NCBI GenBank assembly: GCA_049599895.1
Contig: JBMYPC010000012.1
Coordinates: 1-35,595, forward strand
DNA from: Bacteriovoracaceae bacterium
Lineage (GTDB): Bacteria > Bdellovibrionota > Bacteriovoracia > Bacteriovoracales > Bacteriovoracaceae
DNA length: 35,595 nucleotides
Direction: 5' to 3'
Under the pieces are notes generated by a model, which saw only the letters and a list, made by a program, of their open reading frames with translations, had not been told where the DNA came from and did no database searches. The position numbers were made by a program, and so were the translations under genes. Shown piece after piece: positions 18,714 through 28,217 of this stretch; within the stretch, counting starts at the first letter, position 1, and every line of letters starts with the position of its first letter.

Positions 18714-19838
18714 TTAAATTTTAAGGCTTTGCTTAATCGCTTTAACGATTTGCTGGTTAATTTGATAATAATAGAAATCATGGGGGAATAAGTCCGACTT
18801 AAAGAGAGTGTCTTTTCCGAATTTATGATTGAGCTTGTGGTCGAAGTCGATCAAAACAATATGATCGTACTTCTTGGCAACTTTTCTTAACATCTGATTG
18901 AAGGCGACATGTCCACGAATGGGGTTGCAGTCATAGGCATTGGCAAGTTCAAACTGTTTCTTCGATTCATTTAAAAAACCAAGCTGTTTATAAGCATTAG
19001 CGAGAAGGTAATGGCTTTTTGCATTGGCAACAGTTTTCTTCACAAGCTCTTCAAGTTTTGGAAGTGCCTGTTTCGCCTTTCCAAGTTTGAGCTGATGGGA
19101 GAGTTTATTTTGAAAGTTTTCAATAGTCTGAGTGTTGGCATTCTCGCAGGTTTCACTGGGAGGGAGGTCTCTTTTAATAGGTGTTGTGATGAGAAAGAGA
19201 AAACTATTACTCTTTCTTGTTTTTTCAGCAAGTCTTTTAAGTTCAATTTCAAAAAACTTAAAAACAATTTCAATTTTACTTTGAGCACCGAGGGCGGAGA
19301 ATTCACTTTTGTCTTGGTTTGGCTCTTTGCCAAGAAGAAAGTTCTTTGTCGGTTTATAGATGAACTTAGAGAGAGAAGGAAAAGAGAGGATCAGTGAAAA
19401 GATCATATCATTTTCATAACGGGAAATATTTGTATTGATAGCATTTCGATCAACAAGAGAGAGACGTTTTTCGAAAAACTCCTCACTGCCGCCTGAGTAA
19501 ATGATAACTTTTGGAGTCTCGTTGAGGCTCTGAATCTTGGCCACTGTACGGTGAAGTCCATCACCAGCGCTGGCCCAGTTGGAAATCTTAAGGTTTTCAA
19601 TTTGATCTGATTGAAGCTTGGACATGATATCGTCTATAAAACTTGAATGGTGCACCGCAACTCTGTCTCCTATAAAAAGGATGGAGGACGATTCAATATT
19701 ATCAGGGGGGGTAAGAGACTTTTTGTTAACGCTGTATGTAAGAGGATAAAGTTTAGTGGGAGCGAGGAGATTGTCATAAAAAAAAACGATGATAGCAAAT
19801 GGAATTGCAAGTATTACTGAGAGAGCGGCTTTTTTCAC
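18714..19838 (-). CDS. Membrane-anchored SGNH-hydrolase-like protein with TPR insertion (likely degenerate)
   Basis: N-terminal TM helix; ILFIGDR at the GDS block; AKSHYLLANAYKQLG TPR; C-terminal VLIDF...LFKSDLFPH. GTG start with AGGA SD. Confidence 0.6.
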   Translation of the reverse strand: MKKAALSVILAIPFAIIVFFYDNLLAPTKLYPLTYSVNKKSLTPPDNIESSSILFIGDRVAVHHSSFIDDIMSKLQSDQIENLKISNWASAGDGLHRTVAKIQSLNETPKVIIYSGGSEEFFEKRLSLVDRNAINTNISRYENDMIFSLILSFPSLSKFIYKPTKNFLLGKEPNQDKSEFSALGAQSKIEIVFKFFEIELKRLAEKTRKSNSFLFLITTPIKRDLPPSETCENANTQTIENFQNKLSHQLKLGKAKQALPKLEELVKKTVANAKSHYLLANAYKQLGFLNESKKQFELANAYDCNPIRGHVAFNQMLRKVAKKYDHIVLIDFDHKLNHKFGKDTLFKSDLFPHDFYYYQINQQIVKAIKQSLKI

Positions 19839-19908
19839 AAATCATCCTATAAAAAGTTAACCAACTTACTGTTATTTTAATAGAGATCTGTGTTACTGGA
19901 TACAAGTA

Positions 19909-21168
19909 ATGAACGAAAAATTAACTAAGACGAATGAGATAAAAGTTCCTGAGCTTTTAATGCCTGGTGGAAGCTTGCAAAAAGCAAAAATTGCAGCACT
20001 TTATGGTGCCGATGCCATTTATGGTGGTTTTCAAAAATATGGGCTTAGGGCCGCGGCCGATAATTTTGATCGAGATCAGCTAAAAGAGGTCGTAGATTAT
20101 TGTCATGAGCGAGACGTAAAGTTCTATCTCACTCTCAATAGCTTCTTTCATGAAGAAGATTATCAGTCTTTTTTAAAGGATTTAAACTTTTTTGATCAGC
20201 TTGGAATCGATGCCTATATCATTAGCGACGTAGGTGTGATGAGCTTTGTCTCGGAAAACTCTGGTACTCCCATTCATGTTTCTACCCAGGCAAGTGTTTG
20301 TAATGCCTATTCCGCAAAAGCTTTTAAAAGTCTTGGAGCGAAACGAGTTGTTCTCGGTCGAGAAGTTTCCCTAGAAGATGCAAAGAATATTAAAGACCAG
20401 GTGGATGTGGAAATTGAGATGTTCATTCATGGTTCAATGTGTATGGCATTCTCTGGAAACTGCGTTATCTCTAATTATACAGCGGGACGGGATAGTAACC
20501 GTGGTGGTTGTGCTCATTCATGTCGTTTTGAGTATAAATTAAAAAGTGAAGAGCAAGAAAAGGTGTCCACTTTTATGAGTTCAAAAGACTTAAATGGGCT
20601 TGAGCTTCTAGGTCTCTATACCCAAAACTCTATTGACACCATTAAGGTTGAAGGAAGAATGAAAAGTGTTAATTATGTTGGCACTGTCGCAAGCACTTAT
20701 TCCCACGCTTTAAATGAAATAAAAAAAACGGGAAGTCTTTCAGCACAGACATTAAAAAATTGTCAAAATGAACTTTTGAAAACGATGAACAGAGAATTTA
20801 CTACGGCCTCACTTGTTGAAAAAGCTGATCAAACAAGCATTTTCAACGAAAGAGAGTATAAAGAAGGTGAATACCAAATTGTAGGGGAAGTTCTTGAGGT
20901 TAACAGTGATCAGTTTGCAATAGTCAAAGTGAGAGCACCTCTTTTTGCTGATGATCGGCTTGAATTATTGATTCCTGAAAGTTCAGAAAATAATAAATTC
21001 ACTCAAGAGTTCGCTTGTTCTTTAAAAGATGTTCTTGATAGAGATCTTGAAAAGGCCAATCCTGGCAAATTAATTAAGATACCTTTTCAAGAAGGGATGC
21101 AAGTGAGGCAACTCATTCGAAAGGTTACGGTAGCATCAGATAAAGGAACTTTAAGTCATGAACTTTAG
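19909..21168 (+). CDS. Peptidase U32 family Fe-S protein (TrhP/YegQ/YrrO-like, probably tRNA hydroxylation)
   Basis: PELLMPGG, IHVSTQA, FIHGSMCMAFSGNCVISNY..RDSNRGGCAHSCR and KVEGRMKS; C-terminal beta-barrel extension. Confidence 0.9.
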   Translation: MNEKLTKTNEIKVPELLMPGGSLQKAKIAALYGADAIYGGFQKYGLRAAADNFDRDQLKEVVDYCHERDVKFYLTLNSFFHEEDYQSFLKDLNFFDQLGIDAYIISDVGVMSFVSENSGTPIHVSTQASVCNAYSAKAFKSLGAKRVVLGREVSLEDAKNIKDQVDVEIEMFIHGSMCMAFSGNCVISNYTAGRDSNRGGCAHSCRFEYKLKSEEQEKVSTFMSSKDLNGLELLGLYTQNSIDTIKVEGRMKSVNYVGTVASTYSHALNEIKKTGSLSAQTLKNCQNELLKTMNREFTTASLVEKADQTSIFNEREYKEGEYQIVGEVLEVNSDQFAIVKVRAPLFADDRLELLIPESSENNKFTQEFACSLKDVLDRDLEKANPGKLIKIPFQEGMQVRQLIRKVTVASDKGTLSHEL

Positions 21169-22312
21169 TTTCTATAGTGGCGAAGATTATCAGAAGCATC
21201 TCAAAGGAAGCCTTCTCATTGAAGCCGATGAGGCATTAGTGAGGGAAGATTCAGAGTTTTTCAAAAAGAGCTCTGTCGATTTAGAGGACATTGTTTTCGA
21301 ATCGCAGAAGATCTTCAAAAACTTTGAAATTAAAAAAATTCAAAAGTTCCTTCAAAGTGATGCGATTCCAAATGGGCTGCATTTTCGTGTTAGAGATTTT
21401 GGCTTTTCAAAGCTTCTCAGTGAACTGTCAGAAACGAAGGGTTTTGTATTTGATCTGAACCTTGAACTGAATAGCCATAATATTCCTTCAATTGTGACTT
21501 GGGAAAAGCTTTTAGGGCCACCGCTAAAGAAGTTCGTGGTTTCTTCAGAAATTCCTCATGAGAACCTTAAGAAGCTACTCTCAGTGACACAAAAAAAGAT
21601 AGAGCTTTTAGGTTTAGGACGAATTTTGATTTTCTATTCAGACCGAGAGCTTTTAACATCTTTAGGATTTCAAAAGAAAGACGGATCTGTTTCAGTGACA
21701 GCTGATGGGCAAGAAACTGCTCATCAAAACTTCCAAGTTGTTGAGAATGATGTAGGGACATTGATGTATGCGCCACAAGATCATTGCATTTTAGAGTTTT
21801 TAGATGAGTTGGAAGAACTTGGGGTTGATTCTTTAAAGCTTGATACGAGACATTTAAAGAGTGATTCAGGATATCAGTCATTGATGGAGACAATTTGTTC
21901 GTTTGTAAAATCACCAAAAAAAGAAGACTTTTTGAACTTTAAAGCGAGTTATCCAAAAAAGCTCACAAGAGGGTTTTTTAAAGTGAATAAAAGTGATGTT
22001 CTTTTTAAAAAATTAAAAAACCGAAAAGAACTGGATCGTAAGAGCTTCAATCATATTGGTAATATTTTAGAAGTGAAGAGAGGGGAGTATATGGTCTTTC
22101 AATCTTCATCAAAAGAAAGACCATTAAAACGAGATGATAAGCTCTTTTTTCTCTCTCCTGATGGACGTCAAAAAGAGTTGACTCTCTCGAGATTAAAATC
22201 AATTGAGCAAAAAGAAGTTGAAAGCACTCAATTTGAAAGGCTTTATCTACTTCCTCATCTCAACAGTCTAAGTGTCGGAACGAAAGTCTATGTTGAGGGC
22301 CAAGATCTCTAA
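21158..22312 (+). CDS. Divergent peptidase U32 family partner protein (YrrN-like), lacking the Cys cluster
   Basis: VVSSEIP, ELLGLGRILIFYSDRELL, VENDVGTLMY..DHC and GVDSLKLD align with the U32 core. Overlaps the upstream U32 gene by 11 nt. Confidence 0.75.
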   Translation: MNFSFYSGEDYQKHLKGSLLIEADEALVREDSEFFKKSSVDLEDIVFESQKIFKNFEIKKIQKFLQSDAIPNGLHFRVRDFGFSKLLSELSETKGFVFDLNLELNSHNIPSIVTWEKLLGPPLKKFVVSSEIPHENLKKLLSVTQKKIELLGLGRILIFYSDRELLTSLGFQKKDGSVSVTADGQETAHQNFQVVENDVGTLMYAPQDHCILEFLDELEELGVDSLKLDTRHLKSDSGYQSLMETICSFVKSPKKEDFLNFKASYPKKLTRGFFKVNKSDVLFKKLKNRKELDRKSFNHIGNILEVKRGEYMVFQSSSKERPLKRDDKLFFLSPDGRQKELTLSRLKSIEQKEVESTQFERLYLLPHLNSLSVGTKVYVEGQDL

Positions 22313-22315
22313 GAC
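22307..22315. repeat. 9-bp direct repeat CTCTAAGAC, left boundary of the men cluster
   Basis: Identical to 30572-30580; contains the overlapping stop codons of the U32 partner and menE. Confidence 0.5.
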
Positions 22316-23379
22316 GAATGGTAAAAATCAATATTTCTAAGCTTTTTTCCCGTAGAAGTCATAAGTATTTTCTCAACAGATTGAGTTGCGATCTTTTTGT
22401 TTTTTAACTTAGTGAGAAATTGATCTTCTAAATTAATGCAATGGCAACAAATAAGGCAATGTCCTCTTTTTGAGTCTTTACTGATCACAATGGCAATTGA
22501 GTTATTAAGATGAGTTGGGCCATCTTTTAATAATTCAAACTCCACATCACTTGGAGAGGTCAGTTTGCCGTCGATTTTAATAAGATGATCAGTTCTTTTT
22601 ATTTGTGACAGAGTTCTCTTTTTAAGATGAACTTGATCAGACATCGGATAATAACCATCCTGTAAAAGCTCATGATAGTTTAGGGTTTTTACATTTTTAT
22701 TTTCATCAATTAGAATTTTTTTATCAAAGTGATAGGGAGAGCTAATATAAAGATCTTGGTCAATTGTTTTGGCCTTAACAAAAGGAAGAAGTTTGATACC
22801 TTCTTGATCAATTGGCGAGGTAGCGAGTTGGGAACAAAATTCACTTGCACCATAGGTCTGATAAACTGGATAATGAAGTTCTCTTGCAATTCTTTTTAAC
22901 TCATCTGATAGAGCATCTCCACCTATAAAAAGATATTTCAAAGTCCTTGGTAGTTGAATCCTTTTTATTAAAAGATCATGAAGCTGTGATGGCACAAGTG
23001 ATGAGTGAGTGATTTCTTTTTCAAGGCAGATTTCATTAAATAAGAATGGATCCCATTTTAAAAGCTGTTCATAGGGAATGTTTCTCTCAAGACATCGATA
23101 ATAAATAGAAAGTCCTCCCATATAATATAAAGGAAGAGCAATTAACCACTTTGATCTTTGATGAGAATTAAAAATATGATTAATCTCTTTTGCGTGGGCC
23201 AACATCATTTCATGTCTGATGACATAGAGAGTGGTGCTTTTTGATGTTGAGCCTGATGATGATAGGATGAGACTCTCTTGAATGTTTTGATCCTCTATTT
23301 CTTTCTCAATAAGGTTTTTCAAATCTTGAGAAACCTTTTCTGAAAAACATTTCAAATTATTGTTTAAATCTCTTTCCAT
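22309..23379 (-). CDS. menE: o-Succinylbenzoate-CoA ligase (compact)
   Basis: SSGST P-loop, WLIALPLYYMGGL, SLVPSQL, FIGG and YQTYGASE motifs; last gene of the men operon. Confidence 0.85.
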   Translation of the reverse strand: MERDLNNNLKCFSEKVSQDLKNLIEKEIEDQNIQESLILSSSGSTSKSTTLYVIRHEMMLAHAKEINHIFNSHQRSKWLIALPLYYMGGLSIYYRCLERNIPYEQLLKWDPFLFNEICLEKEITHSSLVPSQLHDLLIKRIQLPRTLKYLFIGGDALSDELKRIARELHYPVYQTYGASEFCSQLATSPIDQEGIKLLPFVKAKTIDQDLYISSPYHFDKKILIDENKNVKTLNYHELLQDGYYPMSDQVHLKKRTLSQIKRTDHLIKIDGKLTSPSDVEFELLKDGPTHLNNSIAIVISKDSKRGHCLICCHCINLEDQFLTKLKNKKIATQSVEKILMTSTGKKLRNIDFYHSS

Positions 23380-24227
23380 ACGACTTTCCTAAATGAAGAG
23401 TAATAGAAATCAATAACGTCTTTGTTTGGAATAACTCGATTATTATCGATCTCCATTGTATTGGGTAGCTCTTCATACAAAGATGGCATGTACAGTCCAT
23501 GAGTGAGATTTAAGTCTCCATAAGTGATAAGTTGATGATAGGTCTGCCACAACTCAAAAGGATGTCCCATATTGTTTGAGTAAACATTATTTTTATGATG
23601 GTTCTGTCTCAACATGGGCTTAAGAACAACATTTTGTGGTCTCTTTTTGATAAGGGCATTATTGAATACTTGGTCGTAAGCTATGGGGATTCCCAACTCC
23701 TCTAGTTCTTTATAATCTGATTCTCTGTATATGATAGGATCTTCGATGTATTGAATCTTTTCTTTTAGGGGGGCAAGATTTTTTATAAGTTTTAGGAAAT
23801 CTTTTTTCTCATATTTTGTATTACAATCTAAACGAAGAGTTTTGAATGTTTTTACTTGGTCATTTATTGTCCTAAGGTCTCTTTTTCGCTCTCCTGAGAG
23901 TTTTATTTTTATTATGTCTTTGTCAATTTGAATAGTTTGATTTGCAAAGAGAAAACTGTGGTTTTTTATACAGTAATGAAAGAGCTTCGAAGAGTCTTGG
24001 ACACTCTTTAAATCTTCTTGTGCGAGAAAGTAGATATTTGATCGATTGGTGTTTTTTAGAACTTCTTTAATCGTTGGTTGACCAAGACTTTGCCATGGTG
24101 AATAAGTTGCATAACCACAGTGATCGTTCTTTTTAATTTTTAATAATAGAAGCTGTCTTTCTTTCGGGATAAAAGATTGAAAAGTCTTTTTTGTTTTTAA
24201 TGTTTTTAATGCGTAAGAGACTTTCAT
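23364..24227 (-). CDS. menC: o-Succinylbenzoate synthase (enolase superfamily, divergent)
   Basis: KIK, LRLDCN, YIEDP, IAYDQ and VLKP motifs; lies between menA and menE. Confidence 0.8.
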   Translation of the reverse strand: MKVSYALKTLKTKKTFQSFIPKERQLLLLKIKKNDHCGYATYSPWQSLGQPTIKEVLKNTNRSNIYFLAQEDLKSVQDSSKLFHYCIKNHSFLFANQTIQIDKDIIKIKLSGERKRDLRTINDQVKTFKTLRLDCNTKYEKKDFLKLIKNLAPLKEKIQYIEDPIIYRESDYKELEELGIPIAYDQVFNNALIKKRPQNVVLKPMLRQNHHKNNVYSNNMGHPFELWQTYHQLITYGDLNLTHGLYMPSLYEELPNTMEIDNNRVIPNKDVIDFYYSSFRKVVWKEI

Positions 24228-25060
24228 AAAAGAGCAGCCATTAATAAGATCATCTCGATGAGAAAGACGAAAATGGAAATAGGGAAGATTTTTACTGTTT
24301 GCTTGCTTGAAAGCTTATAGAGAAAGAAGATGTTTATTATCGTAGAGATTATTGCCATGAGAAGGTGTTGATAAAAGAAGATATTGAAAGCGAGTTTAGC
24401 AATAACTAAAGTGATAAGAAATCGAGAGAAGGTTTTTGGGCCTAGCACCACGCAAAGGGTACGCTTATGAACTAATTGATCTGTTTTGAAGTCCCTAAGG
24501 TTATTGGTTGCAATCACAAATACGGCATTGAGGCCTATAAGACAAGCGAGATGAAATGATGTCAGGCTTATCTCTAATGTTAGAGCATAGAATGTTCCTA
24601 AAGTCGCGACTAAACCAAAATAAAGAAAAACAAAGGCCTCTCCCAAAGCCTTGTAGGCGAGAGGATAAGGCCCACCTGTGTAACCATAGGCAAAATAGAG
24701 TGACGTTATCCCAAAGGGGAGATAGAGCCAATGAAGTTTGATATAAGGGATACCAATAATAGCTGAGAATACTAGCAATAGTGAGGCTGCAATTTTAATT
24801 TGTGATGGGGAGAGTTTCCCTTCTTGAGTCATCCTTTTTGGGCCAATTCGGTTGTGGTCTGCTCCTTTTTCAAAATCAATGGCATCATTAAAATAATTGA
24901 CGGAAATCTGTAAGGCAAAAACAAGCAGTAATGAGAGTAAGAAAAACTGAGAGTTTATAACAGCATTTTGTTGATAGGCCAAGAGTGAGGCGAGTCCAAC
25001 GGGCATGATACCTACAATAAGTGTTTGTGGTCTCGTGGCTTTTAAAAATGCAATCAGCAT
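24224..25060 (-). CDS. menA: 1,4-Dihydroxy-2-naphthoate polyprenyltransferase
   Basis: ATRPQTL, NYFNDAIDFEKGAD, YTGGPYPLAY..LGE and NNLRDFKTD...KRTL motifs. Confidence 0.94.
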   Translation of the reverse strand: MLIAFLKATRPQTLIVGIMPVGLASLLAYQQNAVINSQFFLLSLLLVFALQISVNYFNDAIDFEKGADHNRIGPKRMTQEGKLSPSQIKIAASLLLVFSAIIGIPYIKLHWLYLPFGITSLYFAYGYTGGPYPLAYKALGEAFVFLYFGLVATLGTFYALTLEISLTSFHLACLIGLNAVFVIATNNLRDFKTDQLVHKRTLCVVLGPKTFSRFLITLVIAKLAFNIFFYQHLLMAIISTIINIFFLYKLSSKQTVKIFPISIFVFLIEMILLMAALL

Positions 25061-26451
25061 TTCTCGAGACCCCAGATTTGATTAAAATCCTTCCAAAAGA
25101 GGTCGGTTTCCTTATTGTCGCATTGGATCTCATTAAGTTCAGCAAAGCTCTCTTCAAAATATTTAAACAAATAACTGAAGTTATGATGATGGTGGTTGAT
25201 GATCTCGTTAGGGACATCAATATTTTTAAAAATCTGACCGCCGTAATTATTCATAACAGTAATATGAAGATTTTTTGCTGAAGCAGAGATTAGTGATGAA
25301 AGATCGTATTGGAAGCTAAGGTCGCCAAGGATGAGATGAACATTTTCTGTGGTTGCTTTTGAAATCCCTATTGCTGTTGCAATCAGGCCATCAATGCCGT
25401 TGGCGCCACGGTTGGCAAGAATTTTAAGGTGTTTTGGCTTAATCAGTTTTAGATAGCGTATTGGCATACTATTGCCAATAAAAAGAACTTCACCGGGACG
25501 ATCAATTTGTTTAATTTTTTCTCTAAAAAGAGAAGCTTCTGATTTTGGGTATCTTTCAAAAACATGATTGATTGAAAACTCTTTTGCGGATTCTAAAAGG
25601 ATATCAATCTGATCGAGTTTATAGAGAAGATCGTGACGGCTTTCGTAAGGGATAATTTTTCCAAAGCCAAGTGCTGGTTTATTCCTCAGGTTGAGGTGAT
25701 AGACATCGACTTTTGCTAACTTATTATTAAGTAAGCGCCAAAACTTTGAATTTGGTGTCTGACCAATTCTTACGATGGTTTTGATGATGTTTTTTTGTAG
25801 GTAATCCTGGACTTGCTCATCGTAGAGAATTTCGTTTTGAAAATGATTTTTATAAAGAGGGGATTCGACTTCTTGATAGCAAATGAGATTTTTCTCTTTT
25901 ATCATTTTCTCGAGTTTTTGAACAAAAATTGAATCTTCTATTTTATTGATGAGAAAAAGTGTTTGACTTAAATCAAACTGAACTTGGTCAATATTAACTG
26001 TCTGATAGGCCATAGATTTAAGGCCTTCAGTATTAACACTGAGGTTGATGTGGATGGGGAAACCTTTAAACTCGACAGGTTGATCATAGGCGACACTTCG
26101 ACAGAAATCACTGAGGATCGATTCCTGTTTAATTGTTTGAGGTGAATGAGTTTCTTTAAGGGCCTTTGGTCTGTCGGCTGAGAGAATAATTAAGGGGAGG
26201 TTTGAATAATAGGCTTCAATCACAGCAGGAAGACATTCAGCAACGGCTGTTCCTGAAGTGGTGCAAACAAGCTGAGGTCTTTTTGTCAGTTTTGCTCTTC
26301 CCAATGCTTGAAAGGCCAATGATCTTTCATCATAGCCATGGGTAATGTCACAAAAATCGAGACTCTCTAAGAGTGGGGCATTTCTGGCGCCAGAGCCAAA
26401 AAAAATATGTTCAACCTCAATTTCTTTAAAAAAGTCCGTATAATCTTTCAT
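25054..26451 (-). CDS. menD: SEPHCHC synthase (ThDP-dependent, compact)
   Basis: GARNAPL, DERSLAFQALG, TTSGTAVA, SADRP, GNSMPIR, NRGANGIDG and GDLSF..D...NNYGG motifs. Confidence 0.93.
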   Translation of the reverse strand: MKDYTDFFKEIEVEHIFFGSGARNAPLLESLDFCDITHGYDERSLAFQALGRAKLTKRPQLVCTTSGTAVAECLPAVIEAYYSNLPLIILSADRPKALKETHSPQTIKQESILSDFCRSVAYDQPVEFKGFPIHINLSVNTEGLKSMAYQTVNIDQVQFDLSQTLFLINKIEDSIFVQKLEKMIKEKNLICYQEVESPLYKNHFQNEILYDEQVQDYLQKNIIKTIVRIGQTPNSKFWRLLNNKLAKVDVYHLNLRNKPALGFGKIIPYESRHDLLYKLDQIDILLESAKEFSINHVFERYPKSEASLFREKIKQIDRPGEVLFIGNSMPIRYLKLIKPKHLKILANRGANGIDGLIATAIGISKATTENVHLILGDLSFQYDLSSLISASAKNLHITVMNNYGGQIFKNIDVPNEIINHHHHNFSYLFKYFEESFAELNEIQCDNKETDLFWKDFNQIWGLEKC

Positions 26452-27431
26452 TTGAAATAATCTAATACTGTTTTTATTTTGTTATGTGATTCTTCGATTT
26501 CTTCGTGGAGAATTGAGTCTTTCACAATTCCACAGCCAGCGTGAACGCTTACAATATTTTTTTTCCATTCTAAAGCTCGAATCATGACAATTGCCTTGTC
26601 GTGAGATTGTGATTCAAAATGAAAAGTCCCAGCATAAGGTGTTTCGAGATGATTAAAGTTGAAGTTGTTCCATGTTTCTTTTAGCTTATCTGATGGAAAG
26701 ACTCCAACAGCTGGAGTTGGAGCAAGCTCAGAGACGAGTTGGTCACCTTTTCCGTAATAGTGAAAGACGATTTCTTGGTGAATGTGTTTAAGCTTTCCAA
26801 ATGAAAGTGTTGATTTTGGTGAGACTTGGTATAACCAATTTTTTTTCTGAAAAATACTTTCAAAGTGATTGAATACTGTTTGTTGCTCTTCGTTGGTATT
26901 GGCCTTCCCAAGAAGTTCGGTTTCATCCAAAGATGTACCGGCAAGAGCACAGGTTTTAAAAGAGTTATTCTCTTGCTTTTCAAAAAGAAGTTCTGGTGAG
27001 AGTCCAATCAGGCCTTGGTCTTCTTTCCAGAACCCGTAGAGGCTTGTGTTGTGAGGGATTTTTTTTCGAAGCAGAGAAAGTTCAAAAACATTAAAAGGTT
27101 TGTCTAACTCAATCTCATAGGTGTTGTAGATAACCGCCTTGTTGAGTTGTTTGGCTTCAATGAGATCTTTTGCAATATTATAGTCGTCAATAAATCTTTG
27201 ATCATTAAAAGAACTCGATTTGATACGATCTTGCCATGAGTTATGTGCATTTAACGGAAGAGGGCCCTTTCTATAACACTTTGAATTTATAGATTTTCCG
27301 TCTCTTGTCACTGCATTGATTCTAAAATCACAATATTGATCAGACTCAGTTCCAAAGTATAGCTCATTGTCGTAAGCGAAAATGGCTCCTTGGTTATACA
27401 AATGATGGTCAGCTTCTAATAAATCGTTCAT
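26448..27431 (-). CDS. menF: Isochorismate synthase (chorismate-binding enzyme, compact)
   Basis: GLSPELL, ALAGT, LAPTPAVG, VMIRA and AGCGIV.DS...E..E...K motifs; first gene of the men operon, ATGA-coupled to menD. Confidence 0.88.
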   Translation of the reverse strand: MNDLLEADHHLYNQGAIFAYDNELYFGTESDQYCDFRINAVTRDGKSINSKCYRKGPLPLNAHNSWQDRIKSSSFNDQRFIDDYNIAKDLIEAKQLNKAVIYNTYEIELDKPFNVFELSLLRKKIPHNTSLYGFWKEDQGLIGLSPELLFEKQENNSFKTCALAGTSLDETELLGKANTNEEQQTVFNHFESIFQKKNWLYQVSPKSTLSFGKLKHIHQEIVFHYYGKGDQLVSELAPTPAVGVFPSDKLKETWNNFNFNHLETPYAGTFHFESQSHDKAIVMIRALEWKKNIVSVHAGCGIVKDSILHEEIEESHNKIKTVLDYFK

Positions 27432-27437
27432 AGCATC

Positions 27438-27473
27438 TTGAACGATCTTAACATTGTGAGTATGCTAACTCAA
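27438..27473. promoter_or_regulatory. Overlapping divergent sigma70-type promoters with a candidate operator palindrome
   Basis: Plus strand: TTGAAC(27438)-N17-TATGCT(27461-27466). Minus strand: TTGAGT(27473)-N17-TAAGAT(27450-27445) with TGn extension. TGAGT-N6-ACTCA at 27457-27472. Confidence 0.6.
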
Positions 27474-27528
27474 GAGCAGAAAAGTTCGTCCCTTTTTTGT
27501 TTAACTTTAGTCTATTGAGGAGCATTTG

Positions 27529-28209
27529 ATGCCATCGAAATCATCCATTCAGTCAATGTTTAATCAGCTTGCTGATCGATATGATTTTATGAACAACCTG
27601 CTTTCTTTGGGAACTCATTGGCATTGGAAAAATAAACTTATTAAAGAAGTTTTAAAGTTACGTCCCATAAAAGTTCTCGATGGTGCTACCGGTACAGGAG
27701 ACATTGCTTATCTCCTTAAAAGCTTAAATAAAGATTTAAACACTAAGGTTGTGGGAATTGATATTTCAGAAGAAATGCTTAAAGTCGCACGTCTTAGAGT
27801 TCCAGAAGGAGAGTTCTTTGAAGACGATCTGACGGATTTAAGTTTTTCGGATAACGCGTTTGATGTCAGCACTGTTTCCTTTGGGATTCGAAATGTTGAG
27901 AATATTGATAAGGCCTTGAATGAACTTTCTCGGGTGAGCTCTAAGGCTGTTGTCATTTTAGAGTTTGGTTCTCCACAAAATCAGCTTTTATCTAAAATCT
28001 ATTTTTTCTTTATGAAAAAATATATGGCGATTCTTGGCAGGGTTGTCTCCAGAGGATCAAGTTATGATTACCTTGTGAATTCATCTGAAAAGTTTGTCTG
28101 TGCTAATGATTTTCAGCAACTTTGTCAGACGATCCCTAATGTGAAGAGAGTTGAATATCAAACTCTTTATGGTGGGATTGTTTATCTCTATACCTTACAT
28201 CTTACATAA
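27529..28209 (+). CDS. menG: Demethylmenaquinone methyltransferase (UbiE/MenG)
   Basis: MFNQLADRYDFMNNLLSLG.H..WK, VLDGATGTGD, FGIRNV and ILEF motifs; SD GAGGAG. Confidence 0.93.
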   Translation: MPSKSSIQSMFNQLADRYDFMNNLLSLGTHWHWKNKLIKEVLKLRPIKVLDGATGTGDIAYLLKSLNKDLNTKVVGIDISEEMLKVARLRVPEGEFFEDDLTDLSFSDNAFDVSTVSFGIRNVENIDKALNELSRVSSKAVVILEFGSPQNQLLSKIYFFFMKKYMAILGRVVSRGSSYDYLVNSSEKFVCANDFQQLCQTIPNVKRVEYQTLYGGIVYLYTLHLT

Positions 28210-28217
28210 GTGGGCCT

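Noticed and set aside
19909..22312. Collagenase/protease call for the U32 genes
   Set aside because: Historical family name; characterised members with this Cys motif are Fe-S hydroxylation proteins.
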